NCBI GenBank assembly: GCA_951406725.2
Contig: OX597816.1
Location: 164,486,001 to 164,550,000 of the forward strand
Direction: 5' to 3'
Source: Octopus vulgaris
Taxonomy: Eukaryota
DNA: 64,000 bases
In this document: one piece after another, positions 26,808-42,373 of the stretch
Layout of the letters: the number at the start of each line of letters is the position of its first letter
How positions within the stretch are numbered: position 1 is the first letter of the stretch
The notes under the pieces: generated by a model
Seen by the model: only the letters and a program-made list of their open reading frames with translations
The model's database searches: none
What the model was told of the DNA's origin: nothing
Made by a program: the position numbers and the translations under genes

Positions 26808-27940
26808 CAGTTGCGGCCAAACTGCTCAGAACGGCATTGTCTTCGTCAGAAAAGTAGATATAAGTTTTTATCAAAGTTGTTTTATTTTCTAAAATTTTCA
26901 GAGACAATAAATACAATATTAATTGTTATTGTCTGAGATTTTGGTGTAATTTGAGAGGATAATACATTTAGTTGAACATGACCTACAAGCAAGAGCACCT
27001 GCAGTGAAGCTACTGATCATCTCCAAGAATAAAAAGAGTCGTCTTACCTTTGCAACCGAACATGTGTTGTGGTCTCAAGAAAAATGGCAAACGGTGCATT
27101 TCCGTGATGAATCTAAGTTTATGCTATTTGGCTCAGATGGGAAAAGGTACGTTCGTCGAAAAGTAGGTGAAAAATTGTCGCCTAAATGCCTTAAGACTAG
27201 TGTTAAATTCGGTGGAGGAAGTGTCATGGTTTGGGGGATGATATCTGGAGATGGTGTGGGCCCTTTGGTGCGATTACATGGAAAGGTAAATGCAGGAGTT
27301 TATAAACAACTTGTAAAAGATCATGTCTTGTCTGTGCTGAGAAATTCAACTAAGCGATCACCCATATTCAGGCAGGACAATGCCCCATGTCACAAGGCTA
27401 AGGTGGTCATGAACTTTCTCAAGGCTGAAAAGATTATTGTTATGGATTGGCCTGCTCAAATCCCAGATCTTAATCCTATTGAAAATGTGTGGAATATTCT
27501 AGGAGAACGTTCGAAAGCCAGAAATCCTAAAACAACCGAGCAATTATGGAATGCCCTTCAGGAAGAATGGAATAAGATCACCCAGCAAGACATTGAAAAT
27601 TTAATTTCCTCATGCAGTCGAAGATGTCAAAGTGTGATTGGAGCTAAAGGGCTTCACATTAAATATTAAATAATTCCAGTATTCTCTGTCATTTTTTATT
27701 ATTTTGTTATTTTTTTCAACCGTTCTGATCATTTTGGCCGCCATGGGTTTTGCAGTAAATCACTAAATCATCCATAACTTTTGTATTATCCACTCAAATT
27801 ACACCAAAATCTCAGACAATAATAATTAATATCGTATTTATTGTCTGTGAAAATTATAGAATATAAAACAACTTTGATAAAAACTTATACCTACTTTTCT
27901 GACGAAAACAATGCCGTTCTGAACAGTTTGGCCGCAACTG
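26808..27940 (+). mobile_element. Tc1-family (DD34E) transposon of IR/DR type, internally deleted
   Basis: TA-CAGTTGCGGCCAAA TIRs matching for about 160 bp; inner direct repeat at 27721-27741; TA flanks. Confidence 0.92.
27004..27669 (+). pseudogene. Tc1 transposase catalytic domain lacking the N-terminal DNA-binding domain
   Basis: FRDESKF, VMVWG, QDNAPCH-(34)-PDLNPIENVW. Confidence 0.9.
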
Positions 27941-28011
<71 letters not shown>

Positions 28012-28059
28012 TCTTTCTTTTATTCTTTTATTATATGTTATATATGTTATATATGTTAC

Positions 28060-28127
28060 AGAGACATAAACACACCAGCATCGGTTGTCAAGCGATGCTG
28101 GATGGACAAACACATCACACAAACACA

Positions 28128-28201
<74 letters not shown>

Positions 28202-28352
28202 CGACGGGATTCTTTCAGTTTTCGTTTACCAAATTCACTCACAAGGCTTTGGTCAGCCCGAGGCTATAGTAGAAGACACTTGCCCGAGGTGCCACGCAGT
28301 GGGACCGAACCCGGAACCATGTGGTTGGTAAGCAAGCTACTTACCACACAGC
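28060..28352 (-). mobile_element. SINE A, partly deleted
   Basis: Similar to other copies. Confidence 0.75.
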
Positions 28353-28669
28353 GAAAATATTTACATATTTGATATTCGCCTGCAAGGGTTATCTAAGTCT
28401 ATTTTGTATTTTCCCTGATTATTTTGGTTTTATTTTCATTCTTGCAAATATATGTGTACCTAAACTCTGCCTGCCTCCTTCGATCGGTCATGAGAAATTT
28501 TACACTGCATGGCACCGAGAAAATGGCGTCTTAATGAGATTTTTATATGTGGTCTCTGAGAAAATGTAACCTTAATATATAACTTCCACAACAACTTGGA
28601 TATCGTTGTTACTACTAATTAGTCAATTAATCATCGCTAATTTCCCTGGAGGAAATATATTCATTTCCA

Positions 28670-28813
28670 TATATATATATATATTATGTTTTCATATATA
28701 TATCTGTGTGTATGTATGTATGCATATATATTTATATATCTATATACACATATATATACATATACATATACATATATATACATGCGCATACATATGTATA
28801 TATTATGTAAATG

Positions 28814-28861
<48 letters not shown>

Positions 28862-28889
28862 CTCATATATTCATATATAAACATATACA

Positions 28890-28924
<35 letters not shown>

Positions 28925-29654
28925 GCATATATATATACATGCATATATATATATATATATATATACACTCATATATATATATATATGTATATATACTTAT
29001 ACATATACACATACATGTATACATATGTTTGCACATAGGTATGTATGTGTGTGTGTGCGTATCTACATACATATATGTATATATACATATACATATTTGC
29101 ATCCATATATGTGTATACATTAGTGTATGCATACATTCATATCACCAACCGTGTTACTAAAACCGATTTCGTTTCTGATATATCATATTTAGTTAAGCTA
29201 CAATGTCTGACATAACCCTAGATATGTGGAAATTTAATAGAAACATCATTAGACAAAAATCAATACCAGATCAATAATATTGATTCTTTACATTGGAACA
29301 AGTTCAGATATTTGAGATGGTCTTATTGTTGATAACGTCCCCTTTGGGCTTCGATTCAGTAGAGCTACTGTCAAAGGTTTTCCAGCCGTGACCATATATG
29401 TGTAGACGTGGGTGTGTGATACCATGGGCAAGTATCTCCTACTATAGGCACGAGCCCGGCAAACCCTTGTAAGTGGATTTGGTTGATGGAAACTGAAAAG
29501 AATCCCGTCGTATGTAAGCACGTATGTGTGTGTATATATGTATATATATATGTGTGTTTGTGTGTGTGTGTATGTGTATGTATGTATGTATGTATGTATG
29601 TATGTATGTATGTATGTATGTATGTATGTATGTATGTATGTATGTATGTATGTA

Positions 29655-29686
<32 letters not shown>

Positions 29687-31411
29687 GTAAAGTCTATTTG
29701 GCTGTCCTGATCACGACGATGTTACTATCTTTTTTTTTTAGCCCCAAGAAACATCTTTTCCAGTTGGCTTAAGGCCCATTTTAGCGATTTTATTTTCGGT
29801 TGGAATGCTGTAATAAGGAGGTGGGGGGTAAAAACTCTTGAATTCATAAAAAAAGAGTCACGATGGGAATTTGAAGATAAAACTTTTAAAAAAACCTATA
29901 TTTCCATAGACACATACATACATATATACAGGGATGCATGCACGCATATATGCATACATACATGCATACACACATACATGCATACATACATACTTACGTA
30001 TGTATATATATATATACATAAATGCATACATATATACATACATAAATACATACATACATGCATACATTCATACATGCATGCATACATACATATATAATGC
30101 ATACATACATGCATACATACATGCATACATACAAACATGCATAAACACATACATACATATATGCATGCATACATACATGCATACATGCATAAATACATAG
30201 ATGCATACATAAATGCATACATAGGTAATGCATGCATACATACATACATACATGCATGCATACATAGATATATGCATACATACATACACATATACATACT
30301 TACATACATACATGCATGCACGCATGCATTCATACATGTATACATACATACGTGCATGCATACATTCATTCATACATACATACATACATACATACATACA
30401 TACATACATACATACATACATACATACATACATGCATACATACATACACACGTACACACTTAGATACATACATGCATACATGCATGCATGCTTGCTTGCA
30501 TACATACATACACATATACATACATACATAAATATATACATAAATACATGCATGTATACATACAAGCAAACAAAAATACGCTGTTGTTGATTTTGAATTT
30601 CCAATGAAGGAACCATGGATCTTGGTTTGAAACCAGCTCTTACCCTATTGTCATAGATACATGCATACATACATACACACGTACACATAGATACATACAT
30701 GCATACATGCATGCATGCTTGCTTGCATACATACATACATACATATATACATGCATACATGCATGCATACATACATACATACATACATACATACATGCAT
30801 ACATACATACATACATACATACATACATACATACATGCATACATACATACATACATACATACATACATACATAAATACATATATACATAATATACATACA
30901 TACATGTATACATACGTACATACAATTGTTTCCGGGCAAATATCAATGCTTATAAGCGTGTATTCGCGTGTGTATGTGCACGCACGTACGTACGTATGTA
31001 TGTATGTATGTATGTATGTATGTATGTATGTATGTATGTATGTCTGTATGTATGTATGTATGTATGTATGTATGTGTGTATGTATATAACTATGTATATG
31101 CATATATATTTGTAGGTATATATGTATTTATGTGTGTGTATGTGTTTATACATATACATATTTGTAAATGTGTATTTGTATATATATTTAAATATGCATA
31201 TTATATATATATATGCATGTTATACATATACATATATACATACAGCATATACATACACATAAGCATATATAAATAATGTTGTTGATTTTGAATTTCCAAT
31301 GAAGGAACCATGGATCTTGGTTTGAAACCAGCTCTTACCCTATTGTCAAAAAAATCTTTAAATAAAACTGAAAATGACTAAGGCAGTGCTCCAGCATATA
31401 GTCTAAATAAA

Positions 31412-31447
<36 letters not shown>

Positions 31448-31936
31448 TACATACATACATGTATACATATATGCATACATAATTCCATACATACATGCAA
31501 ACATGCATGAGTATATACGTACATCTATACATACATATATATGTACTTACACATAATATACATACATACATGTATACATACGTACATACAATTGTTTCGA
31601 GGCAAATATCAATGCTTATAAACGTGTATTCGCGTGTGTATGCAATCCACGGATACGTACGTATGCTATGTATGATTATGTATGTATGTATGTATGTATG
31701 TATGTATGTATGTATGTATGTATGTATGTGTCGTATGTATATAACTATGTATATGCATATATATTTGTAGGTATATATGTATTTATGTGTGTGTATGTGT
31801 TTATACATATACATATTTGTAAATGTGTATTTGTATATATATTTAAATATGCATATTATATATATATATGCATGTTATATATACATATATATATAAGCAT
31901 ATTATATACACATATATATATATATATATATGCATA

Positions 31937-31969
<33 letters not shown>

Positions 31970-31975
31970 GCATAT

Positions 31976-32006
<31 letters not shown>

Positions 32007-32008
32007 GC

Positions 32009-32044
<36 letters not shown>

Positions 32045-32522
32045 TATTATATATATACATATATATATATATATATGCATATTATATATATATATATATA
32101 AAACACAAATACATACATAGACACATACGTATACACGCATAAATAAATTTTTTTCTCCGTATTTCTTATCCAGAGGCACGAAGATATCATCGTGTCTGTT
32201 CTCTAAAACAATAAATAAAATAATGATAACAAGGATAACATAAATCTTTTCGAAGGCAACGATAGACATGCAAAAAGCTGGCGGCTTTGATCAATCCATC
32301 GGATCTCATCACCTCTGCTTAGTAGATTATCGATAATCCAAGAATGATGGTGGCAAGCATTCAACACCTCAGGTAGAAAAGTTTGTTAACGATTATTGTC
32401 GTTGAGCGTTCAAACAATTTATAAAAACGGTGACGCAGGTCGAAGTGAAGGGTGAAGTTTGGATTTGGGAACGGAAGGGCAATGGGGATATGTATATATT
32501 GTTGGTTTAATGTGTATGTATG

Positions 32523-32556
<34 letters not shown>

Positions 32557-32798
32557 TGTATGTATGTATGTATGTATGTATGTATGTATGTATGTATGCA
32601 TGTATGTATGTATGTATGTATGTATGCATGTATGTATGCATGTATGCATGTATGTATGCATGCATGTATGTATGTATGTATGTATGTATGTATGTATGTA
32701 TGTATGTATGTATGTATGTATGTATGCATGCATGTATGCATGTATGCATGTATGTATGCATGTATGTATGTAAGTATGCATGTATGTATATATGTATG

Positions 32799-32832
<34 letters not shown>

Positions 32833-32850
32833 TGTATGTATGTATGTGTG
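28670..32850. repeat. Complex (TA)/(TACA)/(TATG) microsatellite domain with an internal ~0.68-kb duplication
   Basis: Unique cores repeat at 30582/31277 and 30921/31587. Confidence 0.85.
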
Positions 32851-32854
32851 TATG

Positions 32855-33191
32855 TGAGTGGATTTGGTAAAGGGAAACTGAAAACCCATCGTATATATAT
32901 ATGTGTGTGTGTGCCTGTGTGTGCGCGTGTGTGTGTGTATATGTGTGCGTGCGTGTGTGTGTGTGTTTGTATATAAATGTGTGTGTATATGTTTGTGTGT
33001 CTGTGTTTGTTCTCCCACCATCGCTTGACAACCGATGCTGGTATGTTTACGTCCCTGTAACATAGCGGTTTGGCAAAAGAGAACGATAGAATAAGTACTA
33101 GTTTTACAAATAAGTCTTGGGGTCGATTTGTTCGATTGAAGGCGGTGCTCCAGCATGGCCGCAATTCAAATGACTGAAACAAATAAAAGAA
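32855..33191 (+). mobile_element. SINE A, 5'-truncated
   Basis: Similar to other copies. Confidence 0.75.
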
Positions 33192-33387
33192 TAAATGAAT
33201 ATACACGCGTGCGCGCATACATATAGTCATACATATGTATCTACATACAAATATATATTACTCATGCATACATACAAACACACACAAATACATAGTAATG
33301 CACAAGGAATCGAAACCGTATCGTGAAGAACTGACTGGAGAACAGACAAAAGCTCAACCTCTATCACAAATGAATGTCATCAGAACT

Positions 33388-33604
33388 CTCTTTTATTCTT
33401 TTACTTGTTTCAGTCATGTGACTGTGGCCATGCTGGAGCACCGCCTTTAGTCGAGCAAATCGACCCCCAGGACTTTTTCTTTGTAAACCTAGTACTTATT
33501 CTATCGGTCTCTTTTGCCGAACCGCTAGGTTCCGGGGACGTAAACACACCAGCATCGGTTGTCAAACGATGTTGGGGGAACAAACACAGGCACACACACA
33601 CACG

Positions 33605-33675
<71 letters not shown>

Positions 33676-34086
33676 ATATATACGACGGACTTATTTCAGT
33701 TTCCGTCTACCAAATCCACTCACAAGGCATTGATCGGCCCGAGGCTATAGCAGAAGACACTTGCCCAAGGAGCCACGCAGTGGGGCTGAACCCGGAAACC
33801 ATGTGGTTGGTAAGCAAGCTACTTACCTATTTCTTTACTACCCACAAGGGGCTAAACACAGAGAGGACAAACAAGGACAGACAAACGGATTAAGTCGATT
33901 ATATCGACCCCAGTGCGTAACTGGTGCTTAATTTAATCGACCCCGAAAGGATGAAAGGCAAAGTAGACCTCGGTGGAATTTGAACTCAGAACGTAACGAC
34001 AGACGAAATACGGCTACGCATTTCGCCCGGTGTGCTAACGTTTCTGCCAGCTCGCCGCCTTACCACACAACCACTTCTACGCCTTC
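33388..34086 (-). mobile_element. SINE A with SINE B (33827-34060) inserted in its A-box
   Basis: Minus strand reads GTGTGGTA|AGGCGGCGAGCTG...AAGAAATAG|GTAAGTAGC. Confidence 0.85.
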
Positions 34087-35139
34087 TACGCTGAGAAAAA
34101 AAAAAACCCGCCCAAGCCGAGAAATAACTTACACTACCCCCCCCTCCCCCCAAAAAAACAAGTAAACAAACAAGGAAAAGAAGATGGAAAAAATATAAAA
34201 CAAACACATTCGCTGCCATCGCTGTCGCCGTTTCCCCTCGGTGTCACTCTTAACATCCTGAATGCATGATCGGAGAGAAAGACACTACTTATTTAACCAT
34301 CTCTGTAGACTGTTACATTTTTTCTCCGTCTCTTATCTCAACAGTATATATGCTGCTGGTTGTGTTATCGTGTGTGTTTAATAAACTTTACAGCGCTGCT
34401 AAGAAAAAAATTTAATGCATGTACCACACATATGGCGATGCTAATGAAAACCTCCCCTTGAATTTATTTTATTCTGTTCTTTATATATATGTTTGCGGGG
34501 TCTTGATATTGTCTTCTTTTCTTGTCCACACAATACTTCCTTCCTCCGATCTTACTTACCCACGCCAACCTTGCAAGAACACAGCTTGTCCGTCAACAAT
34601 AGGAGTACAAAGCTACGTGCGTCCAGCTTGATTATGTTGGGGGCCGCCTGATGTCTTGATCAAACCAACTCGGTTCCCGGTCTATCAGAGTTTATCGACA
34701 TTTTCTACCAGCCTGGAAATACTGACAAAACCAGTGAAACACTAAGACATTGAACCGCAGAAATGTATAAGACAGCACGTTCTAAGTTTCCTGCATAAAC
34801 ATTTTTAAAAACTATAGAAAGGAATTTAACACGAAATCTAGCAGTTAATCCCGTGATTATCAGATGCGGTTTCGATTGGATGGCTGGACTGGTTGATAGT
34901 GTTTAGTCGTAATATCTTGTATTTTCCAGCTGGGAAAACAAAAGTCCTGTTTGTCACAGTGCAATAAGTAATCGTGCATGGATGCATGTGGAGAATTAAC
35001 TGACGGTGATGTCGAGAAGAATAGAAGATAGAGCACCAAGAAATTCAGAAGACACAGTTTTCGGTGATGTCACAGTATTATTGGTGAGGATGATGCCGAC
35101 GACGGTTGTTATTGACGAGACGGCGATAACATGGACGAC

Positions 35140-35272
35140 GCAGATGACGACGACGACGACGACGACGATGATGATGATGATGATGATGATGATGACGAGG
35201 ATGATGAAGATGATAATGATGATGATGACGATGATGGTGGTGGTGGTGGCGGTGGTGGTGATGATGATGAGA

Positions 35273-35319
<47 letters not shown>

Positions 35320-35330
35320 GGTGGTGGTGG

Positions 35331-35361
<31 letters not shown>

Positions 35362-35441
35362 GGTGGTGATGATGAGAATGATGGTGATGATGATGATGAT
35401 GAGGAGAATGATGATGATGATGGTGATGAGAATGATGATGG

Positions 35442-35490
<49 letters not shown>

Positions 35491-35583
35491 AATGATGATG
35501 ATGATGAGAATGATGATGATGATGGCGGTGGTGGTGATGATGTTTATGTGTGTGTATGTGCGGGTCCTTATGTGTGTGTGTGT

Positions 35584-35622
<39 letters not shown>

Positions 35623-35830
35623 GATATGTGTGTGTATCTGCGTGTGTGTTTCCGTGTGCGTGCACGCCTCGAACAACAGTGCTAAGTACGATGACAGCAA
35701 CGACGACGACGACGACGACACGATAAATATGACAACGATGACGATGACGATGATGTGTGTGTGTGTGTGTGTGTATGTGTGTATATCCGTGCATGTTTGT
35801 GTGTATGTGTGTGTGTTTGTGTGTGTGTGT
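35140..35830. repeat. (GAT)n/(GGT)n/(TG)n microsatellite mosaic
   Basis: Directly visible. Confidence 0.9.
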
Positions 35831-37484
35831 GTGTCCGCGCGCACCTCGATCTTGAAGTGAAGGCAGATAGTACGAAGCAGAGTCTCAATCAAGAGAACTA
35901 AACACCATTCAACGTTTAACATCCGTCTACACTCAACATTATACACTATACATTATACACTATACATTATACACACCGTAAAACCTTCTGGCTCACTTTA
36001 GTATATTTCCACATTATCCATCCCCACATATATATTTATTTGCTTCTCAAAAATTAACAGAAAAAAAAAAAACGTCGGTCAATCGTCAACGGGTCGACAG
36101 ATGGATGGGACAGCGATTTTAATGGAGGCTGTGTTTAAAATAGCATTTTTTGATCGATAAGAACACGGGGAAAAAATAAGAGTTGAGTGATGACACAGTC
36201 TAATATTGATTTGTCAATTTATAGGGTAAAAAATAAAGCCGCAGGCCAGTGTAAGGGCTAAGTGACAACTGAATGTAATAATGGTTTCTTAATTACGCTA
36301 GTAAAAGAAAGTGTGTGACTGGCCCCAAGACAAAATGCGTTAAGCCTCCGGCGTGACACGATCTGAGGTGTGATCTGTGAATCAACAAACAGCAGTTCAA
36401 TGCTTTTTTTTTTCTATTTGTGTGTTTTTTTTGTTGTTGTTGTTTTATTCGTTCATTTCGTCTGTGTTAGTAAAAAAAAAAAATGAATTGTGTGGTGGTG
36501 TAACGGTGGAGAAGTGTGGTGGATAAGCATTCAGAAAAAAAAAAAAGAAAAAAAAGCTAAGTACCCGATAAAGAAGAGAAAAGTGATAAATAGCTGGTTG
36601 AGAAATGCAAGAAGTAAATGCCTGGTGGAGAAGAGCAAGAGAAAAAAAAAACCATTCGGCAGAGAAGAGCAGGAGGTAAGTACCCGGAAGAGAGAGGAAG
36701 AGAGAGGGAGAGAGAGAGAGAAGGAGAGAAGTACCCGGTGGCGAAAAACAAGAGCTAAGAACACAACAGACAAGAGCAAGCGATAACCATCAAGCAGAAA
36801 GAGGGGGAGGAGAGGAGGAGGAGGAGGAAGTGGTGGTGGTGGAGTAGGAGGACCCGGTGGAGCAAAGTAAGGGTTGAGCACCCGGTAGAACAATACACAG
36901 ATGCAAAACCAAAGCAAGGGGGCAGCTCCCTGTGTACCTTGGGTACATATAGTACCATTTTGCATTTCCTTCTGAATTGAAAGTATTCTATGTATTATAC
37001 AGAGTATACTGCATAATGATACTGTTTCATGGATATTATGCAAATTTGTATGTCCCGAGGTTGGGGTTACATATAATTATTAGTCTTACATCACATCTTA
37101 TCATTGGGATTCCTTCTGTTTTCTACCCCCGCATTCTTGATTTTATATTTTTATTTTCAGATCTTTCTATTTGGAATGCTTCCCCATTTCTTATAGAAAT
37201 ACACTATCTTCTGATGGGACTGATCCTCGATTAGAAAATGTTTTTTTCTTGATAATCCGTGACAACAATATCTGGTCGATTAGTCTTGATTCGAAACTGA
37301 ATTGATTTGAAACGGAACATCAATTAGAAGGCACTTTTTTTTATGACTGAGCCTTAATAACAATATCTGATTTATTCTTTGTCTGCATGGGTTGGTATGA
37401 TCTGAAATATGCCTTTCACTGAGACCTTTTCTATTGTATATCTATTCCACTCATTTTTACTCTCGGTGTTTCATTATTAACTTT

Positions 37485-38307
37485 CGAGGTCGACTTTGCC
37501 TTTCATCTTTTTTTTGGTGGGGGGTGGGTCGATAAATGAAATACCAGTTATACACTGGGGTCGATATAATCTACTTAACCCTCGAAATTTCTGGCTTTGT
37601 GCCAAAGTTTGAAACCAATATATTGTAGGGGGATGAAGGCTGCGAGCGGGTAGAACTGTTAACACACCGGGAAAATGCTTAGCGGTGAGCTGGCAGAAAC
37701 GTTAGCACGCCGGGCGAAATGCGAAGCCGTATTTCATCTGCCGTTACGTTCTGAGTTCAAATTCCGCCGAGGTCGACTTTGCCTTTCATCCTTTCGGGGT
37801 CGATAAATTAAGTACCAGTTACGCACTGTGGTCGATGTAATCGACTTAATCCGTTTGTCTGTCCTTGTGCTTAGCCCCTTGTGGGTAGTAAAGAAATAGG
37901 TATTTCGTCCATCGCTACGTTCTGAGTTCAAATTCCGCCTTTCATCCTTTCGGAGTCGATAAATTAAATAGCAGTTACGTACTGGGGTCGATCTAATCGA
38001 CTGGCCCCTCCCCCAAAGATTCGGGTCTTGTTCCTAAAGTAGAAAAGATTATGATAGAGAAAAAGGCGGCGAGCTGGCAGGGCCGTTAGCACGCTGGACG
38101 AGATGCTTAGTGGTATTTCGCCCGTCGCTCCGTTCTGAGTTCAAAATTCCGCCGAAGTTGACTATGTCTTTCATCCTTTCAGGGTCGATAAATTAAGTAT
38201 CAGTGAAACACTGGGGTCGGTGTAATCGACTAGCCCCTTTCTCCAAATTTCAGGCCCTGTGCCTATAGTAGAAAGGATTATTGTACAGAACACACAAGCG
38301 TGCACGT

Positions 38308-38362
<55 letters not shown>

Positions 38363-38832
38363 TTTTACTTGTTTTATTCACTGAACTGTAGCCATGCTGG
38401 AGCACCACCTTAAAAGGTTTCGTCGAACAAATCTATCGTCCCAACACATATCGTTTCAAGTCTGGAATTTATTGTCTATTTCGCCTCAAGAAAGTCGCGT
38501 GGCTTAGTGGTCAGGGCATTCGGCCCACAATCGTAAGACCGTGAGTTCGATTCCCGGCGGCGTATCGTCTCCTTGAGCTCGATTAAATAACGCACTGGGG
38601 TCGATATAATCGACTTAATCCGTTTGTCTGTCCTTGTTTGTCCTCTCTGTGTTTAGCCCCTTGTGGGTAGTAAAGAAATAGGTATTTCGTCCGTCATTAC
38701 GTTCTGAGTTCAAATTCCGCAGAGGTTGGCTTTGCTTTTTATCCTTTTGAGCTCGATAAAATAAGTATCAGTAGGAGACTGGGGTCGATGTAATCAACTT
38801 ACCCCCTCCCCGAAATTGCCGGCCCTGTGCCA
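37485..38832 (+). mobile_element. Cluster of nested SINE B copies plus SINE A/D fragments
   Basis: At least five B cores; tail-to-GTATTTCG junctions at 37899 and 38681. Confidence 0.8.
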
Positions 38833-38844
38833 ATATTATTATTA

Positions 38845-38930
<86 letters not shown>

Positions 38931-39197
38931 GAGTGAGAGAGCAGTGCATGCCATCAAAGTGACACTGGGGTAAAATATACGAAGCCCAGTATACCCATCA
39001 TGACTACCCGTCTGATAAGGGTACACTAGGCACATGCATCATGTGCGCAACATGGTGATCTCATATCAAGATAAACAGCACATGACCTTGCAGGTGGGGC
39101 CCAGTTAGAATTTTCTTCTGGTTGAGTAACCCATCACGCTCAAAAGGTCCCTGAAAAGGGTTGTTTAAGGATGTTGAACGGAAGACCCATGTTTCCA
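38931..39197 (-). mobile_element. Truncated second copy of the (TAA)n-associated element
   Basis: Aligns with 2747-3030. Confidence 0.75.
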
Positions 39198-39234
<37 letters not shown>

Positions 39235-39240
39235 ATTATT

Positions 39241-40058
39241 TCTGGTCGGGAACTATCATGGATAATTTCCAGATGTCGTTGGTCTGGTAGTGTTACCGGG
39301 AGGCGCTACCGGTTCGAGATAAGCTCTACAGGCACGGTTGTGCTGTCAGACGGACTTGTCCAAGTGACTAAACCGTTCTGCACGCTCTCGTTCAGTGTCC
39401 AGGCTTTGCTGACTTGTGTGAGGTCATGACGAACAGCTAGCTGCTATCACGTGTGGGACACGGTCGGCCGAGCCTGCAGTGGTGATCGCACCGCCGCTCT
39501 CCTTCAATCGGGAAGGCGAGGCAGTTTTCCATTGCCTGGTGGCTGTGGCGAAAGAGGTTGTTTAGTGGGCAAGGATGATAGGCATGAGGATAGATACATT
39601 CTTCTTTGATAGAACTCTCATTGACTTTTTCAAGTGTCACTTGAAAAGAAAATAGAGAATGGAGAGGGAAGAGCTGTCCTCGAGTGAGTTTATTGAAAGG
39701 TGAGTATAAGTTGCGAAAATAGCATGAGTGGATGGTACCTCTCTAAGTGTAGACCTGTGAGTCGGAGAGAAGGAACTGGCGAGGGCACTTGCTCCTAGGG
39801 TTTCGGAGGAAGTCTCGCACAGTGGGGTTCCTCGATTATCCCTAGACGCCTTCCTGTATCAGGAGGGCCACATCTCTATCATCCTCCCCGCCACTTTTTT
39901 TTAAACCTTTGTATGCTATGCATGTCCCTTCTTTTTCAGTGAATACCGTGTACACTTACTTTTTTTTATCATTTCATTATTATATGTAGACCCCCACACT
40001 TTATGTCTGTCTCTGTATTGTCCGTCTCATCCTTCGCCCTTGTGGCAAATACATGAAA
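39241..40058 (+). pseudogene. L1/Tx1-clade LINE 3' remnant (ORF2 Zn-knuckle region plus 3' UTR)
   Basis: SLVW*CYREALPVRDKLYRHG..TCP..TVLHALVQCP; tail CGCCCTTGTGGCAAATAC; lies between (TTG)/(TTA) tracts. Confidence 0.65.
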
Positions 40059-40061
40059 TCA

Positions 40062-40131
<70 letters not shown>

Positions 40132-40177
40132 CGTTGTTTTTGTTGTTGTTATTATTATTATTGTTATTGTTGTTGTT

Positions 40178-40210
<33 letters not shown>

Positions 40211-41132
40211 GTTGTTGTTGTTGTTATTATTATTATTATTATTATTATCATTATTGCTGTTTTTGTTATTATTATTAGTAGTAGTATTATTATTATTCCT
40301 CGATTTGTCAGGAAGCCTTAGGCTATGAACACTTTAGTATTTTTGCCCTATGGAGTTGGCCGTTTCTCCTGCACCAGAAACATAAGATATTTATACATAT
40401 GACGGCTGAAGCCTTAGGTAAATAGAAGGACAGCATTTGTGTATACTGAACGGCATAATATTAAATCTCTGCGGGATACGAACAGACAGAATCAAGTTCC
40501 CTCTTCTTCCATCATAGCTATGAATGAGTGTGGTTGAGTGTGTGTGTGTGTATATGTGTGTGTGCGCGTGTCCATTCATTGAAGCGTTTTATTTGAATAA
40601 AATAAAGTTGTTTACCAGGCACTTTTGTTAGAATTTAAACAACGACAAACCGATGTGTATGTACGCACCTATTCATGCATGCATATGTGTATATATGCAT
40701 GTCGACTTATATGTGCGTCAGTATGTGTGTGATCTGTCTTTGCCGTTATGTATGTATGCATTTTTGTATGTATGTATGTATGTATGTATGTATGTATGTA
40801 TGTATGTATGTATGTATGTATGTACGTATTTATGTATGTATTTCTGTACGTATCCATGCACTTGTGTATGCATGTGTGTATATGTACATAAAAAACCCCT
40901 CGACCGAACAAGACTGTTTGCAAGGCTCTATGCTTGGAATGACCAAATATAACTACCATTGGAACTCGCACACAAGGTACAGGAAACATCTTCACGACTT
41001 ATATACACCACTCTACTTGAATAATGGAACTGCAAATACAATATCCTTATGTATCTCACTTCTATTTTCATTCTCTTCCTTCCCTTTCATATCTCCTCTA
41101 CAATAATTAATACTCAAACATTTTCTGGCACC

Positions 41133-41180
41133 GTCTCTGATTAAGGGATATATAAAATATCCCGGAAACAGCTGTAAGGC
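41133..41180 (+). ncRNA. Minimal type I hammerhead with a G8 mutation (Penelope-type)
   Basis: GTCT-CTGATTA-A-GGGATAT/ATATCCC-G-GAAAC-AGCT-GTA-AGGC. Confidence 0.6.
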
Positions 41181-41660
41181 CTTTTCTTTATAAATATTCT
41201 GAAAACTATTTACAGCCTTGGATTTTTATGTATATACAGTTAATCCAAAAATGAAGAAGAAACAACAACGCGAGGGCTTGGGACATGCAAAGTATTAAAA
41301 GACACCAGGGAAGGAAAGAAAGGCTGCTTTACGTTTCGAGCATATCCCTAATAGTGGTTTGGAATTTAAGTGTTCTCTCTAGCGTGCAAGGAATCCATGA
41401 CGGATGCCTCTTATGTGTTTAAATGTACACTATATTTATATGAATAATATAAAGTCTATTGACTAAATTTTTACACGGTAGGCCACTGGTAATGGAAATT
41501 TCTAATATTTCTGATTACACCTTGATATTATTAATTATATATAGTGAATCCCCACTTCCCCCACCCCCAAAATACGAAGAACAAACACAAAAAAAACAAC
41601 AACGCGAGAACGTTGTACAAGTAAAGTATTAGCAGACGCTCAGGGAAGGAGAGAAAGGTG

Positions 41661-41695
41661 GTTTTATGTTTCGAGCAAAGCTCTTCTTCAGAAAC
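41661..41695 (-). ncRNA. Minimal hammerhead-like motif in a Penelope-like tail
   Basis: GTTT-CTGAAGA-A-GAGC(TTT)GCTC-GAAAC-ATA-AAAC; same family as 48804. Confidence 0.55.
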
Positions 41696-42322
41696 AGAGG
41701 AAAGTTCAATAGAAAAGGATGACGGAGGAAAAAAATCGCCAACGATTTTATGTGTGTATATATATAATCAAAGTAAGCAACAAAAATATCTTCGGTAATT
41801 TGGTACGATCGTTTCACGCTACATCGTTTCACGCTACATCGTTTTATTAAACATTGTAAGTATGACAACAGTTTTAAAATGTTGAGCGATCATCAGCCAT
41901 TTATAGAGGTTTTCCATCAATACATATACTTATTTTCATGTTAATTGATAACATTATAAAGAGGGTAATTTACAGACAGAGATGTTGATTTGAATGTTAA
42001 GAACAATACGGTATTAGAATTTATCTTCTGACTGAAGATTTTCTGACTGAAGTTATTTTGATCTGCTAGAAAGTGGGAAGGGATATTCTGTTGAATGGAG
42101 ACAAAAGAGATTTTCTATTTATAGAAATAGGTAGGGGTGAAATAAATGTCAGAAGTTATTCCTGAAGAACTTAAAGTGGAAAGAGGGATTATATTGTCTT
42201 AAAGGCTGCATCCTACTATTTGGCAATCAGATTTTGTATCCCGAAAACTAGGTCAATGCTAAATGGCCACAATGACCATCTATATACTAAATAGTTATAG
42301 AAAATACAGAGATTCTTTTACA

Positions 42323-42373
<51 letters not shown>

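Noticed and set aside
32140-32269. Signal-peptide-like ORF MSIVAFEKIYVILVIIILF
   Set aside because: AT-rich chance hydrophobicity; runs into a microsatellite with no donor
34560-34800. Minus-strand GTAAGT donor with upstream unique sequence
   Set aside because: No ATG-initiated open frame reaches the donor; at most a non-coding exon
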